From the NCBI GenBank assembly GCA_963662275.1, contig OY759316.1, forward strand, positions 2,144,001 to 2,208,000: a DNA stretch of 64,000 nt. The letters run 5' to 3'. The notes under the pieces are model-generated. The model was not told where the DNA came from. It was given only the letters and a program-made list of their open reading frames with translations, and did no database searches. Within the stretch, counting starts at the first letter, position 1. Each line of letters begins with the position of its first letter. Both the position numbers and the translations under genes were made by a program. The stretch comes from Candidatus Cloacimonadales bacterium (GTDB taxonomy: Bacteria > Cloacimonadota > Cloacimonadia > Cloacimonadales > DAONDQ01). Of the stretch, positions 10,041 through 19,697 are shown one piece after another.

Positions 10041-10180
10041 GCCTCACCCCGTGAGGTGGCACAACGCACCCCGTGCGTTTCGAACTCGGTAAGGAATATT
10101 GGTGTTCGCGGAAATATGTTACCACGGCGGGGTTTAATATAATCGGGGATTCGCTCACCCATAGCTCACGCTATGGGCTA
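10041..10180. repeat. Cluster of REP-like palindromes
   Basis: Hairpins CCTCAC-CCC-GTGAGG, AACGCAC-CCC-GTGCGTT and CCCATAGC-TCAC-GCTATGGG. Confidence 0.6.
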
Positions 10181-10194
10181 TCATCTGCAATTCT

Positions 10195-12681
10195 TCAATA
10201 GAGAATTAGCTTCTTATTGGAGATGTTTTTGCTGGATTCCAAACGCAGGAAATAGATGCCGGGACTACAGATATTACCGCTGGAGTCTTTGCTATTCCAG
10301 GTTAAAGTCTGCTGCCCAGAAGTTTTGGTTCCGCTAAAGAGAGTAGTTACGCATTGTCCTTTGATGTTATAGACACTTACTGTGATGTTTTCAGTCTTTG
10401 CCAGGTTTAATTCAAAGGTAGCAATCCCATGGAAAGGATTGGGATAGATATGATTGATCGTTGCCTGGATGGACGGAAGATAGTTATCATGAATACCCGT
10501 AAAACTACTGACAGATGTAACATTGGAAGACATGCTATAGCCAACGGTGAAAAAAGAACGCAGTCTATAGTAATATTTTTGCTGCGCAGGCAGATTGCCC
10601 ACAACATAACTTGTTACATTATTGACGTTTAGATTCTGGTAACCGGTCACATAATGAGTGAATAGACTATCTGTTGCCACATCTAAAACATAAGAACCGG
10701 CATTCACCGCAGAAGTCCAGTTAGCAGTAAAACCGGCGGGATTAATATTCGTGGCATTCGTTGTAGTCGGAGCCCAAATCATATTCACAAATTCGGGGTG
10801 GTCAATGAAAGGATTACGGTTTCCCTGCCGTTCCTGGATACGGTTATTCCTGCGCAGCTCCCAGGAGTCGGGAGGGTCTTGGACATGCCATTGCAGAAGA
10901 GTGGACAGCTTGCCGTAATAGGGTGAACTATTGGTGGATGCAGGAGTAGTATCAGCCATTTCCAAATTATAAGATGTATCTGTTCCCTCATAACGTACAG
11001 CCATATAAAGAAGCATACGGGCAATATCTCCCTTTTCCACAGACCTGGGTTCATAGGAATCAGCATCGGTGTAGCAGCCCGTAACTCCGGAATATGTGCC
11101 ATAAGGAGCATCACTGATGACTGGAGTTCCACCATCATCAAAGTCTTTGTTACCTTTGGAACCATTCACAAAGGCATCGGCAGGACGTAGATGATGCAAA
11201 TCTGTTCCTGCTGGAGCAACATCACCGAAGTCACCATGGCTTTTAGACCATGTATGTTCACGAGTCCATACATTAGTTCCCACACCATAATAGCTTTTGG
11301 GAACAGACCAGCCTGTATATTGCTCAATGATGTTGTTTGTATTTGTACTGTCTTCATCTGTATATTGAATCTGTGTCCAAAGAGCATCATATGAAAAATG
11401 GGTTAGGTGAGTTGTTCGAATTAAATTACTGAGATTGGATTTCAAAGCTGCACCAGTGCCAGTAATATCATCGTAATAACCCGTAACCACTGCATTGAGA
11501 GTTGTACTATTTGCCGGATTCCCCTGTGCTGCTACAGTATTATATAATGAGGCAGCATTGTCTCCATTACATTCAAATATCCTGAACCAGTAGTTCGTAG
11601 CAGGAGTAAGATTGGTAGCTGTAACAGCGTTAATCTCCTGACTTTCAACGACCTGGGTGGCTCCATTATAAATGACCTGTTCCCCACTTCCCGAATAGGC
11701 TGTATTTGCAGGATAATCAGTTCCATTCACAGGAAGAGTGAAATTATTCACAGTATTGATCTTTACAATTCTTTTGGCTCCGTTACCAGGAATCCAGGTT
11801 GCCTGGATGGAATAACTGCCCGGATAAAAGACAAGATTCGTGGACTGAATTGTAGGTACAACAATATTTCCTGAATGAAACACAACATCTTCTCCATAAC
11901 TTGTTCCTGAGCTATTGGTTGCATAAGCCCGAACATAATAGTCCGTTTCTGGCTGCAAGCCTGTAATATTGCTTGTAAAAACACCAATGCCAGTACCGTC
12001 GCTGGTAAAATTGTTCGTTAAATTCGGAAACGGAGATGAATTCCAGCAAACCCCTTTTGTAATGATGGCAGAAGTACCGGAATAACCAATATCGCCTCCA
12101 CCTGTTGCAGCATTATATATGATACTAGTAACCGTAGAAGTTGTTACCATCGGCATTACGCTACTTTGGTAATCAGTGATTATGATATCATGTACATACA
12201 ATACATGACTGGCTCTTGCAAGCCTGATTGTCGTTGGAGTCTGAATATTTACATTATAGGAGTAAGTGGAACCTGCCGATGTTATACCAGTGAAAGTAGT
12301 GATATCATCCCAGTTTGCTCCATTAAGTTTTTGCAGTTTGATAGATCTTCCCGTTGAACCAGCTACAAGATGGAATTCAACCTGACCAATAGATGGCAGC
12401 TCAGGAAATTGGGCACAGCCATTTGTAGCTTGTACCTGGATTTTACCCATGGAGCAGGTGCCTGTTGCCATGGCATTCGGAGTGACGATACATGAAGTCA
12501 AGGTGACTGTTCCTGCCGGAATAGCCTGTGTATAATTGCCGTAGGCTGTTTGAGCTGTCCAGTTCTGAATGTTTTCATCGATTAGGGTAAGTGCTGAAAG
12601 AGTAACTATACTAATCATCATAATTAGGAGTAGTGAGATAACTTTCTTATATTTGATATTGCCTACATCAAGTTTAATCAT
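10195..12681 (-). CDS. Secreted endonuclease I-family nuclease with FN3-like domains and FlgD-Ig/T9SS-like C-terminal domain
   Basis: Signal peptide. Nuclease motifs TREHTWSKSHG, DLHHLRP, KGDIARMLLYMAVRY and QGNRNPFIDHPE. C-terminal YPNPF...VYNIKGQ...PGIYF. Confidence 0.9.
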   Translation of the reverse strand: MIKLDVGNIKYKKVISLLLIMMISIVTLSALTLIDENIQNWTAQTAYGNYTQAIPAGTVTLTSCIVTPNAMATGTCSMGKIQVQATNGCAQFPELPSIGQVEFHLVAGSTGRSIKLQKLNGANWDDITTFTGITSAGSTYSYNVNIQTPTTIRLARASHVLYVHDIIITDYQSSVMPMVTTSTVTSIIYNAATGGGDIGYSGTSAIITKGVCWNSSPFPNLTNNFTSDGTGIGVFTSNITGLQPETDYYVRAYATNSSGTSYGEDVVFHSGNIVVPTIQSTNLVFYPGSYSIQATWIPGNGAKRIVKINTVNNFTLPVNGTDYPANTAYSGSGEQVIYNGATQVVESQEINAVTATNLTPATNYWFRIFECNGDNAASLYNTVAAQGNPANSTTLNAVVTGYYDDITGTGAALKSNLSNLIRTTHLTHFSYDALWTQIQYTDEDSTNTNNIIEQYTGWSVPKSYYGVGTNVWTREHTWSKSHGDFGDVAPAGTDLHHLRPADAFVNGSKGNKDFDDGGTPVISDAPYGTYSGVTGCYTDADSYEPRSVEKGDIARMLLYMAVRYEGTDTSYNLEMADTTPASTNSSPYYGKLSTLLQWHVQDPPDSWELRRNNRIQERQGNRNPFIDHPEFVNMIWAPTTTNATNINPAGFTANWTSAVNAGSYVLDVATDSLFTHYVTGYQNLNVNNVTSYVVGNLPAQQKYYYRLRSFFTVGYSMSSNVTSVSSFTGIHDNYLPSIQATINHIYPNPFHGIATFELNLAKTENITVSVYNIKGQCVTTLFSGTKTSGQQTLTWNSKDSSGNICSPGIYFLRLESSKNISNKKLILY

Positions 12682-12790
12682 TTGTAACCTTCCTTTCATG
12701 TATTTATTGTATTTTTATAAGCAGTATTTTGTCAATTCAAAAACTATAGGTTATTGAAGAATATGAGACTGAAGTTTAGTAGCGAGTTAA

Positions 12791-12873
12791 GAACAGACAA
12801 GACTGTCTGTTGTTCGCAGAAGTTTCGATATCGGGACGATTTCTCACAGAACAGACAAGACTGTCTGTTATAC
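12791..12873. repeat. Two direct copies of a REP-like palindrome
   Basis: GAACAGACAAGACTGTCTGTT at 12791 and 12849, with stem AACAGACA/TGTCTGTT. Confidence 0.75.
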
Positions 12874-12967
12874 AGGTTTCGAGGTTACAAAATTAGTATG
12901 AGAATTAAAGGACAGCGGAATAATTATTGCATATAAGCAGAGAGTATAAAATATTCTGGAGGAATGA

Positions 12968-13984
12968 ATGCGTTTTCTGATCGTCATTCTTGGAGTTATG
13001 CTAATTATTCTTGCCGGGTGCGCAAAAGCGAACAATCCGGCTGATACATCTGTTATGGAATTAATGGGATCAATACCAACCGTGGGGAATCCACTTAACA
13101 TCGATGTTTCTCCTACAAAAATCTATGTTGCTGAGGATCTTGCAGGTGTTTCTATCATCAATCGCAGTAATTTTCAGCGAACCTGGTATACGCAAGTTAT
13201 CGGGAGAGATGGTACAATACGTGATCTCTATAGAATAAAAAATATATCTGCCGTGGACAATGAACATCTACTGTTTGTAAACGAAGTCGACCAGGCGGAT
13301 GAGATTCAGATTATCAATACTTTAGAACATCCAGATACTCTGACGATAATTGATACTGCAATTGGTGGTACAGGTGGTATTACGGATATGAAGTTCGCAG
13401 CAATCACCGATACAACTAGCCTTTACTCCATTGAAGGTACAATTGTAAATGGTAAAGAATTTCAGTGGGGTGGTTATTCTAGGGAATTAGATGCATGGTA
13501 CGGATTCACTCAGAATATAGCTCTTCCAACCTTTTTGGGAGGATTTGCGCTTACGAATCAATATATTTATTTGGCAGCCAAGCAGCGCGGTCTAATGATT
13601 TTAGATCGTACGAGCGGAGCAATTGTTAGTGAATTCGATTTACCAGGTGAAGCAAATAAGATTGCCATTCAAGGTAATTATGCATATGTTGCCTGCCGCC
13701 AGGAAGGTTTACAGGTTATTGATATTACTAACATTAACAATCCTATAAAGGTTTATTCTTTTGATACAACAGGATATGCCAGTTCCATTTCCGTAAATGA
13801 CCATTACGCTCTTGTCGGTTCCGGAGGTGGTGGGTATTATCTATTCGATATATTGAATCCTCATAAAATACGTTTACTTGAAAACAATGTTTCCATTGGT
13901 TATGTGAATGATGTTGTAATAGATGGTTCTGATGCCATTGTCGCAACACGTGACCAAGGAATTTTAGTTTATCGTTTACCCTAA
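12968..13984 (+). CDS. LVIVD-repeat beta-propeller lipoprotein
   Basis: Lipobox LAG-C. Repeats such as YAYVAC..GLQVIDITNINNP and YIYLAA..GLMILD. Confidence 0.85.
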   Translation: MRFLIVILGVMLIILAGCAKANNPADTSVMELMGSIPTVGNPLNIDVSPTKIYVAEDLAGVSIINRSNFQRTWYTQVIGRDGTIRDLYRIKNISAVDNEHLLFVNEVDQADEIQIINTLEHPDTLTIIDTAIGGTGGITDMKFAAITDTTSLYSIEGTIVNGKEFQWGGYSRELDAWYGFTQNIALPTFLGGFALTNQYIYLAAKQRGLMILDRTSGAIVSEFDLPGEANKIAIQGNYAYVACRQEGLQVIDITNINNPIKVYSFDTTGYASSISVNDHYALVGSGGGGYYLFDILNPHKIRLLENNVSIGYVNDVVIDGSDAIVATRDQGILVYRLP

Positions 13985-14003
13985 AATACAAAGAGGTGTT
14001 TTT

Positions 14004-17000
14004 ATGAAAAAAATCTGCTTAGCGTTTTTTACGCTATCCTTGTTTTCGTTAATTTTAGCTGTTACTACAACTCCAGCTCAAGTTACTGTCCATTCGTTTA
14101 AAGTTCTCAGTCAACATTCTGATTACGTAGATGTTGAGTTTACTCTTCCTCAATATAAAGTAGAGAATGAAGTAATTGAAAATATCACTTATCAACATTA
14201 TTCTATTGAATCCGGTACAACTTCTATTGAACCTGGGATGCCGGAATTTCCAATTTTCTCTACGATGATTGCTGTACCATACAAAGGAAATGTTAGATTA
14301 GAAGTGCTTTCCCAAAAAAGCACATTCATTTCCAACCAGGTACCTTATCCTTGTCAGTATCAATTAGAGACTCAGCAATCACCCAAAACGTTTCTGAAAG
14401 ATACTGAATATTATCAAACCGGTTCTCAGTATCCTACAAAAACTATCAATATAAGTAATCCACAGGTAATTAGAGATTTTCGAGTTGTCTCCTTAATGGT
14501 CAGTCCGTTTTCCTATAATGCCAAGAACCGTGACGTCCAGGTTCAGGAAACAATGACAATGCGAATTCATTTTTTACCCGGTCAAGGTGAAAATGAAATG
14601 ACACCTCCAATCCAATATTCAAGAAGTTTTGAAAATATATATCAATCGATGATCCTGAATTATGAAAATATGAGAGATACAACAACTCCCCTGCAACCTC
14701 GGACTGTTTTAATCATTTATCCAAATTCAAATGATACAAATTACATGACGGCATTGAACAACTTCGCTGCCTGGAAAGCTCAAAAAGGCTTTGAGATACA
14801 TCTTGCCAGTACAACTCAAACAGGAACGACGAATACTTCCATAAAAACATATATCCAAAATGCATATAATACTTGGGAAAATAAACCTGATTTTATCATA
14901 CTTATTGGTGATGTTAGCGGTACCTATTCTATTGCTACCTGGAATGAGAGTTTTTCCGGTAACAATGCCGAAGGAGACTATCCTTATACGCATCTTTCAG
15001 GCGGAACAGGAGATTATCTAGGTGACGCATTCATTGGTAGAATTTCGATTTCTAATATAGGTGATTTCCAGACAATCTTAGCAAAAATATATGCCTATGA
15101 GAAGACACCCACTTTAACGAATACTGCCTGGTATAATCATTTGCTGCTCGTGGGTGATACTACCCATTCCGGAATATCTACAATTTATACAAATAAATAT
15201 ATCAAGGAAATTTCTTTCGCTCATAATCCTAGTTATACATATTCGGAATTGTACGAAGGGAATTTTTCTTCGTTAATGACAAGTGCACTTAACCAAGGTT
15301 CAGCTCTCTTCAATTACCGTGGATATATCAATATGAGTACTTGGGATCCGAGTACGGCTAATTTAGTCAATGGCAATAAGCTTACACATGCTATCATAAT
15401 TACTTGTGCAACGGGTAACTTTGGCTCAAGTTATGATACAGCAACAACAGAAGATTTTATCCGCTTAGGTACAGCAAGTTCACTTAAAGGTGCTATTACC
15501 GCAACAGGAATGTGTACTTCCAGTACGCATACAATGCTGAATAATACTCTTGCGGGTGGTATTTTTGATGGTATTTATTCTTATGATATGCATACTATGG
15601 GTGAAGCTATCTTAAATGGTAAATTGTATTTAAGCAAGGTCTTTGGTGTATCGAATACGGTTTTATGTAATACTTTTGCTCATTGGTGTAATCTGATGGG
15701 AGATCCAACGGTTGAAGTTTATACAAAAATTCCTGATACTTTCAATGTCACATATCCAACCTCTATTCCGGTTGGGACCAATTACCTGGATGTTACGGTA
15801 TCAAATATTGATGGTATACCCGTACAGAATGCCTGTGTAACTTTATATCAAACAACGAATCTAGCTCTGGCAGGATATACTGATGCACAAGGTAAATTCT
15901 CATTTCAATTACCTCAAACCCTCACAGGAACTATAATTCTAACAACCAGCAAAGATAATTTTGCACCTGACATACATAATATAGCTTTAAATGCGACTGG
16001 TTCACTTGCTTTTGATAGCGCAGCAATAACCGATAACAATACAGGTTCTTCATCCGGAAATGGAAATGGTATAGCAGAAGCGGGAGAAACTATCGATCTG
16101 CTAGTTCATGTAAAGAACTCAATGGATGATTTAAACGTCACAGTTGCTGGAATATTGACTTCAAATGATCCTTATGTAACTATTAGCTCATCAACATCTC
16201 CTTTTGGGCAAATTCAAGCTGGTTCTTCAAATGTCAACGAGGTTCCATTTACTTTTCACATACTACAGACAATGCCCGATTTACATCAAGCCAGGTTTGA
16301 AATTGCCTTGCTGGATAGTCAGCAACACAATTATACAGTGGTTTTTCCAGTCGTGTTTCGAAATGGAAACTTGCAATCTCAAACTATCACGATAGCCGAT
16401 GAAGCCAATGGAATATTAGATCCAGGCGAAACAGTCAGTCTGCTTCCCATGCTGCATAATTCTGGTTCAGTATCTCTTACGGGAATCAGTGCAGTTCTAC
16501 ATTCATTAAATTCATTGGTGACGGTGAATGATTCTCTTGCATATTACGGTGATATTCCTGCAGGAGATAATGTGACCTGCAACCTCAATTCTTTCAATAT
16601 TTCTGCAAGACTCCAACTTGTCCCAGGAATGATCATACCCTTTGAATTAAGACTATCCAATGCTGAAGGATATACGCAGCGAGCTAATTTCAATGTACCG
16701 ATTGGACATGTAACTCTAAATGATCCACTGGGACCGGATGAGTATGGCTACTTGATCTATGATATGGGCGATACTTCATATCCTGATTGTCCGCAATATA
16801 ACTGGATCGGAATCGCTCCTTCAGAAGGTGGAAGTGGAACATTACTGGCATTAAATGATACAGGACAGGGATCAAGCGGTTCTGAAGGTGATGCAACGGG
16901 AGCAATTACAACGATTGGTGTAAATCTGCCCTTCTCATTCAGTTTTTATGGGCAATTGTATCCAAATATTACAGTTTGTTCCAATGGATTTATTGGTATG

Positions 17001-19484
17001 GGAACTTCTAGTGATGGTGAATTCAGAAATTACCGTTTACCAGGTGCTTTGGGACCAAACCCGATGATAGCAGCTTTTTGGGATGATCTTCAAATACCTT
17101 CTAGTGGTGGCGTTTATACATATTACGATGCATCCCAGCATTACTTCGTGATAGAATGGTACCACGCTGTAAATGGCTGCAATGAGCTTGGAGTAGAAGA
17201 GACGTTCCAGATCATACTTTATGATCAATCATTTTATCCAACATCACTTGGTGACGGACAAATCAAATTACAATACAAAGTAGTGAATAACATAGATGTC
17301 GGCTCATCAGATTATCCTCCAACATTTGGTAACTATGCCACAGTTGGTATCAAGGATTTTACCGGTAAACGCGGTTTGGAGTATACATTCAATAACCAAT
17401 ATCCTACAGCAGCAAAAACACTCAACAATTTAAGTGCGCTTCTCATTACCGGACCTCCAATTTTTCACCAGGAACCTCATTTATTATTAAATGAAATGGT
17501 GATTCATGATGTGGATCACAATCAGGTAGTGGAACCGGGAGAAACGATTGAGCTAGGATTGAGATTAACCAATATGGGTGAAAGTACCGCATCAAATATC
17601 AATGCCACGCTTTCAACAACAGACCCATATGTTACAATGATTAATGCTAATTCAAGTTATGATCCAATTGCAGGTGAAACGATGGGAATCAATAGAACAT
17701 ATTTTGAATTCCAGGTTGCCTCAACCTGTCCTAATGATCATATCATTACTTTTACAGTAGATATCACAGCGAATGGAAACAATTGGCAAAGATATACAAA
17801 TGTGAGAGTATCGAAACCGCAATTGGTTTTTCTTGAAACTTATATTAATGATCTCCTGAACGGCGGTAATGGAAATGGTAAAGCTGATCCAAATGAGAAT
17901 TTGAAACTGATTCTGAATATATCAAACCCAAGTTTGGTTGATGCAAATAATGTGAATGTTAGCTTAACATGTACCAACAGTCAAATCGTTATTGCGGACT
18001 CAACGTTCAATGATTTTACGATACCCGTTCAAAAAACTATTCAGAAAGCATTCGATGTATATCTGCCAGAAAATCTGGTTCCAAATACCTATCTTACTTT
18101 CAATTATGTTATTAATGCGCAAAATGCATTACCTGTGACCGGTAACTTTACAGTAGGAGTTAGTACAACCGGTTTATCCCTGGACTTTGAAGCAAATAAT
18201 GGCGGTTTTATTTCATCCGCTGGTTGGACTTGGGGTATACCAACTCCCCTCAATGCACATTCTGGAACTCATCTTTGGGCAACTGGTTTGAGTGGTAGTA
18301 ATTATCCTGATATGGCACATTATGAATTAACTTCAACACCTATTAATATCGGTGAAAATGCCTCATTAACTTTCTGGCATCATTTTGGATTTGAACTGAA
18401 TTATGATGGTGGCAACGTCAAGGTTTCGACGAATAACGGGCAATCATTCAGCTTGGTAACTCCAACAGGCGGATACACTATCACTTCTGTCAGTGCATTA
18501 AGTGAACCGGGATTTTCAGGTGAATTGAGTACATGGACTCAAGTGACTATCCCCCTTTCTTCATACTCAAACCAACAAATTATTGTCAAATGGACAATGG
18601 GTTCAGACATATCCCTCGAGAGTGTTGGCTGGTTCATTGATGATGTTCAGATCACTGGTTTTATTACAAGCACCAGTATGATTGCAGGTCAGATCGAATT
18701 TCCACCTTCCATTACATCAATAACCGATGCCATAGTAAGTGCCGGAGCTTTTGATGTGCATCCAAATCCAAATGGACAGTATGCAATGTACTTACGTAAT
18801 AATACCTATCCAGTATCCATTTACATGCCTTTCTGTCAGACAATTCCAACACAAAATGTGACGTTGTCCCCAACAAATCAGATGTATGATTTGAATTTCA
18901 ATCTGAATTACCTGGTGGGACCAACAATAACTGGAAATATCGTTAATAATTTGGTTCACTTAAACTGGAATACACCTGAAACAACTAATACAATACAGTA
19001 TTACAGCTTACATCGCCAACGTAATGCAGATATTTTCCATACCTTTGCCGAAACACCAGACAGCACATTTGCAGACTCTTTAACAATGAATGGTCAATAT
19101 TTGTATTATGTAACGGTGCATTATGCTGAAGGAGAAAGTGCTCCGAGTAATCTCATCCAGATCAATGCACAAGATGTCGGAACCAATGATCACATTGTAT
19201 CGGTTCCGGTGACGAAGTTATTCAATAATTATCCCAATCCATTTAACCCTGATACTCATATAGCTTTCTCCTTAAATAACGCAGCTAATGTTTCTCTGAA
19301 GATTTTCAATATTCGAGGACAATTGGTTAAAACTCTTGCGGATGGAAAATACAATACAGGTTATCATGATCTTATTTGGAATGGAAAGAATGATCAAAAC
19401 AAACCTGTTTCTTCTGGAGTATATTTCTACAGAATCGTAACGCCAGGTTATACGGATGTAAAAAAAGCTATTTTACTTAAATAA
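14004..19484 (+). CDS. C25 (gingipain-like) family protein with propeptide, Ig-like repeats and FlgD-Ig/T9SS-like CTD
   Basis: Signal peptide. GMPEFP propeptide, WKAQKG, FIILIGD, DYPY, IGRIS, IITCATG and NLMGDP. C-terminal NYPNPFNP...SSGVYFY. Confidence 0.85.
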   Translation: MKKICLAFFTLSLFSLILAVTTTPAQVTVHSFKVLSQHSDYVDVEFTLPQYKVENEVIENITYQHYSIESGTTSIEPGMPEFPIFSTMIAVPYKGNVRLEVLSQKSTFISNQVPYPCQYQLETQQSPKTFLKDTEYYQTGSQYPTKTINISNPQVIRDFRVVSLMVSPFSYNAKNRDVQVQETMTMRIHFLPGQGENEMTPPIQYSRSFENIYQSMILNYENMRDTTTPLQPRTVLIIYPNSNDTNYMTALNNFAAWKAQKGFEIHLASTTQTGTTNTSIKTYIQNAYNTWENKPDFIILIGDVSGTYSIATWNESFSGNNAEGDYPYTHLSGGTGDYLGDAFIGRISISNIGDFQTILAKIYAYEKTPTLTNTAWYNHLLLVGDTTHSGISTIYTNKYIKEISFAHNPSYTYSELYEGNFSSLMTSALNQGSALFNYRGYINMSTWDPSTANLVNGNKLTHAIIITCATGNFGSSYDTATTEDFIRLGTASSLKGAITATGMCTSSTHTMLNNTLAGGIFDGIYSYDMHTMGEAILNGKLYLSKVFGVSNTVLCNTFAHWCNLMGDPTVEVYTKIPDTFNVTYPTSIPVGTNYLDVTVSNIDGIPVQNACVTLYQTTNLALAGYTDAQGKFSFQLPQTLTGTIILTTSKDNFAPDIHNIALNATGSLAFDSAAITDNNTGSSSGNGNGIAEAGETIDLLVHVKNSMDDLNVTVAGILTSNDPYVTISSSTSPFGQIQAGSSNVNEVPFTFHILQTMPDLHQARFEIALLDSQQHNYTVVFPVVFRNGNLQSQTITIADEANGILDPGETVSLLPMLHNSGSVSLTGISAVLHSLNSLVTVNDSLAYYGDIPAGDNVTCNLNSFNISARLQLVPGMIIPFELRLSNAEGYTQRANFNVPIGHVTLNDPLGPDEYGYLIYDMGDTSYPDCPQYNWIGIAPSEGGSGTLLALNDTGQGSSGSEGDATGAITTIGVNLPFSFSFYGQLYPNITVCSNGFIGMGTSSDGEFRNYRLPGALGPNPMIAAFWDDLQIPSSGGVYTYYDASQHYFVIEWYHAVNGCNELGVEETFQIILYDQSFYPTSLGDGQIKLQYKVVNNIDVGSSDYPPTFGNYATVGIKDFTGKRGLEYTFNNQYPTAAKTLNNLSALLITGPPIFHQEPHLLLNEMVIHDVDHNQVVEPGETIELGLRLTNMGESTASNINATLSTTDPYVTMINANSSYDPIAGETMGINRTYFEFQVASTCPNDHIITFTVDITANGNNWQRYTNVRVSKPQLVFLETYINDLLNGGNGNGKADPNENLKLILNISNPSLVDANNVNVSLTCTNSQIVIADSTFNDFTIPVQKTIQKAFDVYLPENLVPNTYLTFNYVINAQNALPVTGNFTVGVSTTGLSLDFEANNGGFISSAGWTWGIPTPLNAHSGTHLWATGLSGSNYPDMAHYELTSTPINIGENASLTFWHHFGFELNYDGGNVKVSTNNGQSFSLVTPTGGYTITSVSALSEPGFSGELSTWTQVTIPLSSYSNQQIIVKWTMGSDISLESVGWFIDDVQITGFITSTSMIAGQIEFPPSITSITDAIVSAGAFDVHPNPNGQYAMYLRNNTYPVSIYMPFCQTIPTQNVTLSPTNQMYDLNFNLNYLVGPTITGNIVNNLVHLNWNTPETTNTIQYYSLHRQRNADIFHTFAETPDSTFADSLTMNGQYLYYVTVHYAEGESAPSNLIQINAQDVGTNDHIVSVPVTKLFNNYPNPFNPDTHIAFSLNNAANVSLKIFNIRGQLVKTLADGKYNTGYHDLIWNGKNDQNKPVSSGVYFYRIVTPGYTDVKKAILLK

Positions 19485-19511
19485 CCCCAACCCTCTCGAA
19501 AAACCCCATAT

Positions 19512-19540
19512 AAAATCCCTGCAATTGCAGGGATTTTTTT
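19512..19540 (+). terminator. Rho-independent terminator
   Basis: AAAATCCCTGC-AATT-GCAGGGATTTT followed by a T tract, just after the stop at 19484. Confidence 0.85.
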
Positions 19541-19697
19541 ATTCTTCATTTATTCAAGTTTCTAAATCCACAGATGGTATTTCTCTAATAAAAAAGAATC
19601 TATTTTATGATTTCAGCAAATTTATTATTTTTTAGAATACTAATTGCTTAATTAATTCAATAGATAAATCAACATCAAAACGTAAAAGGGGTTTCAG

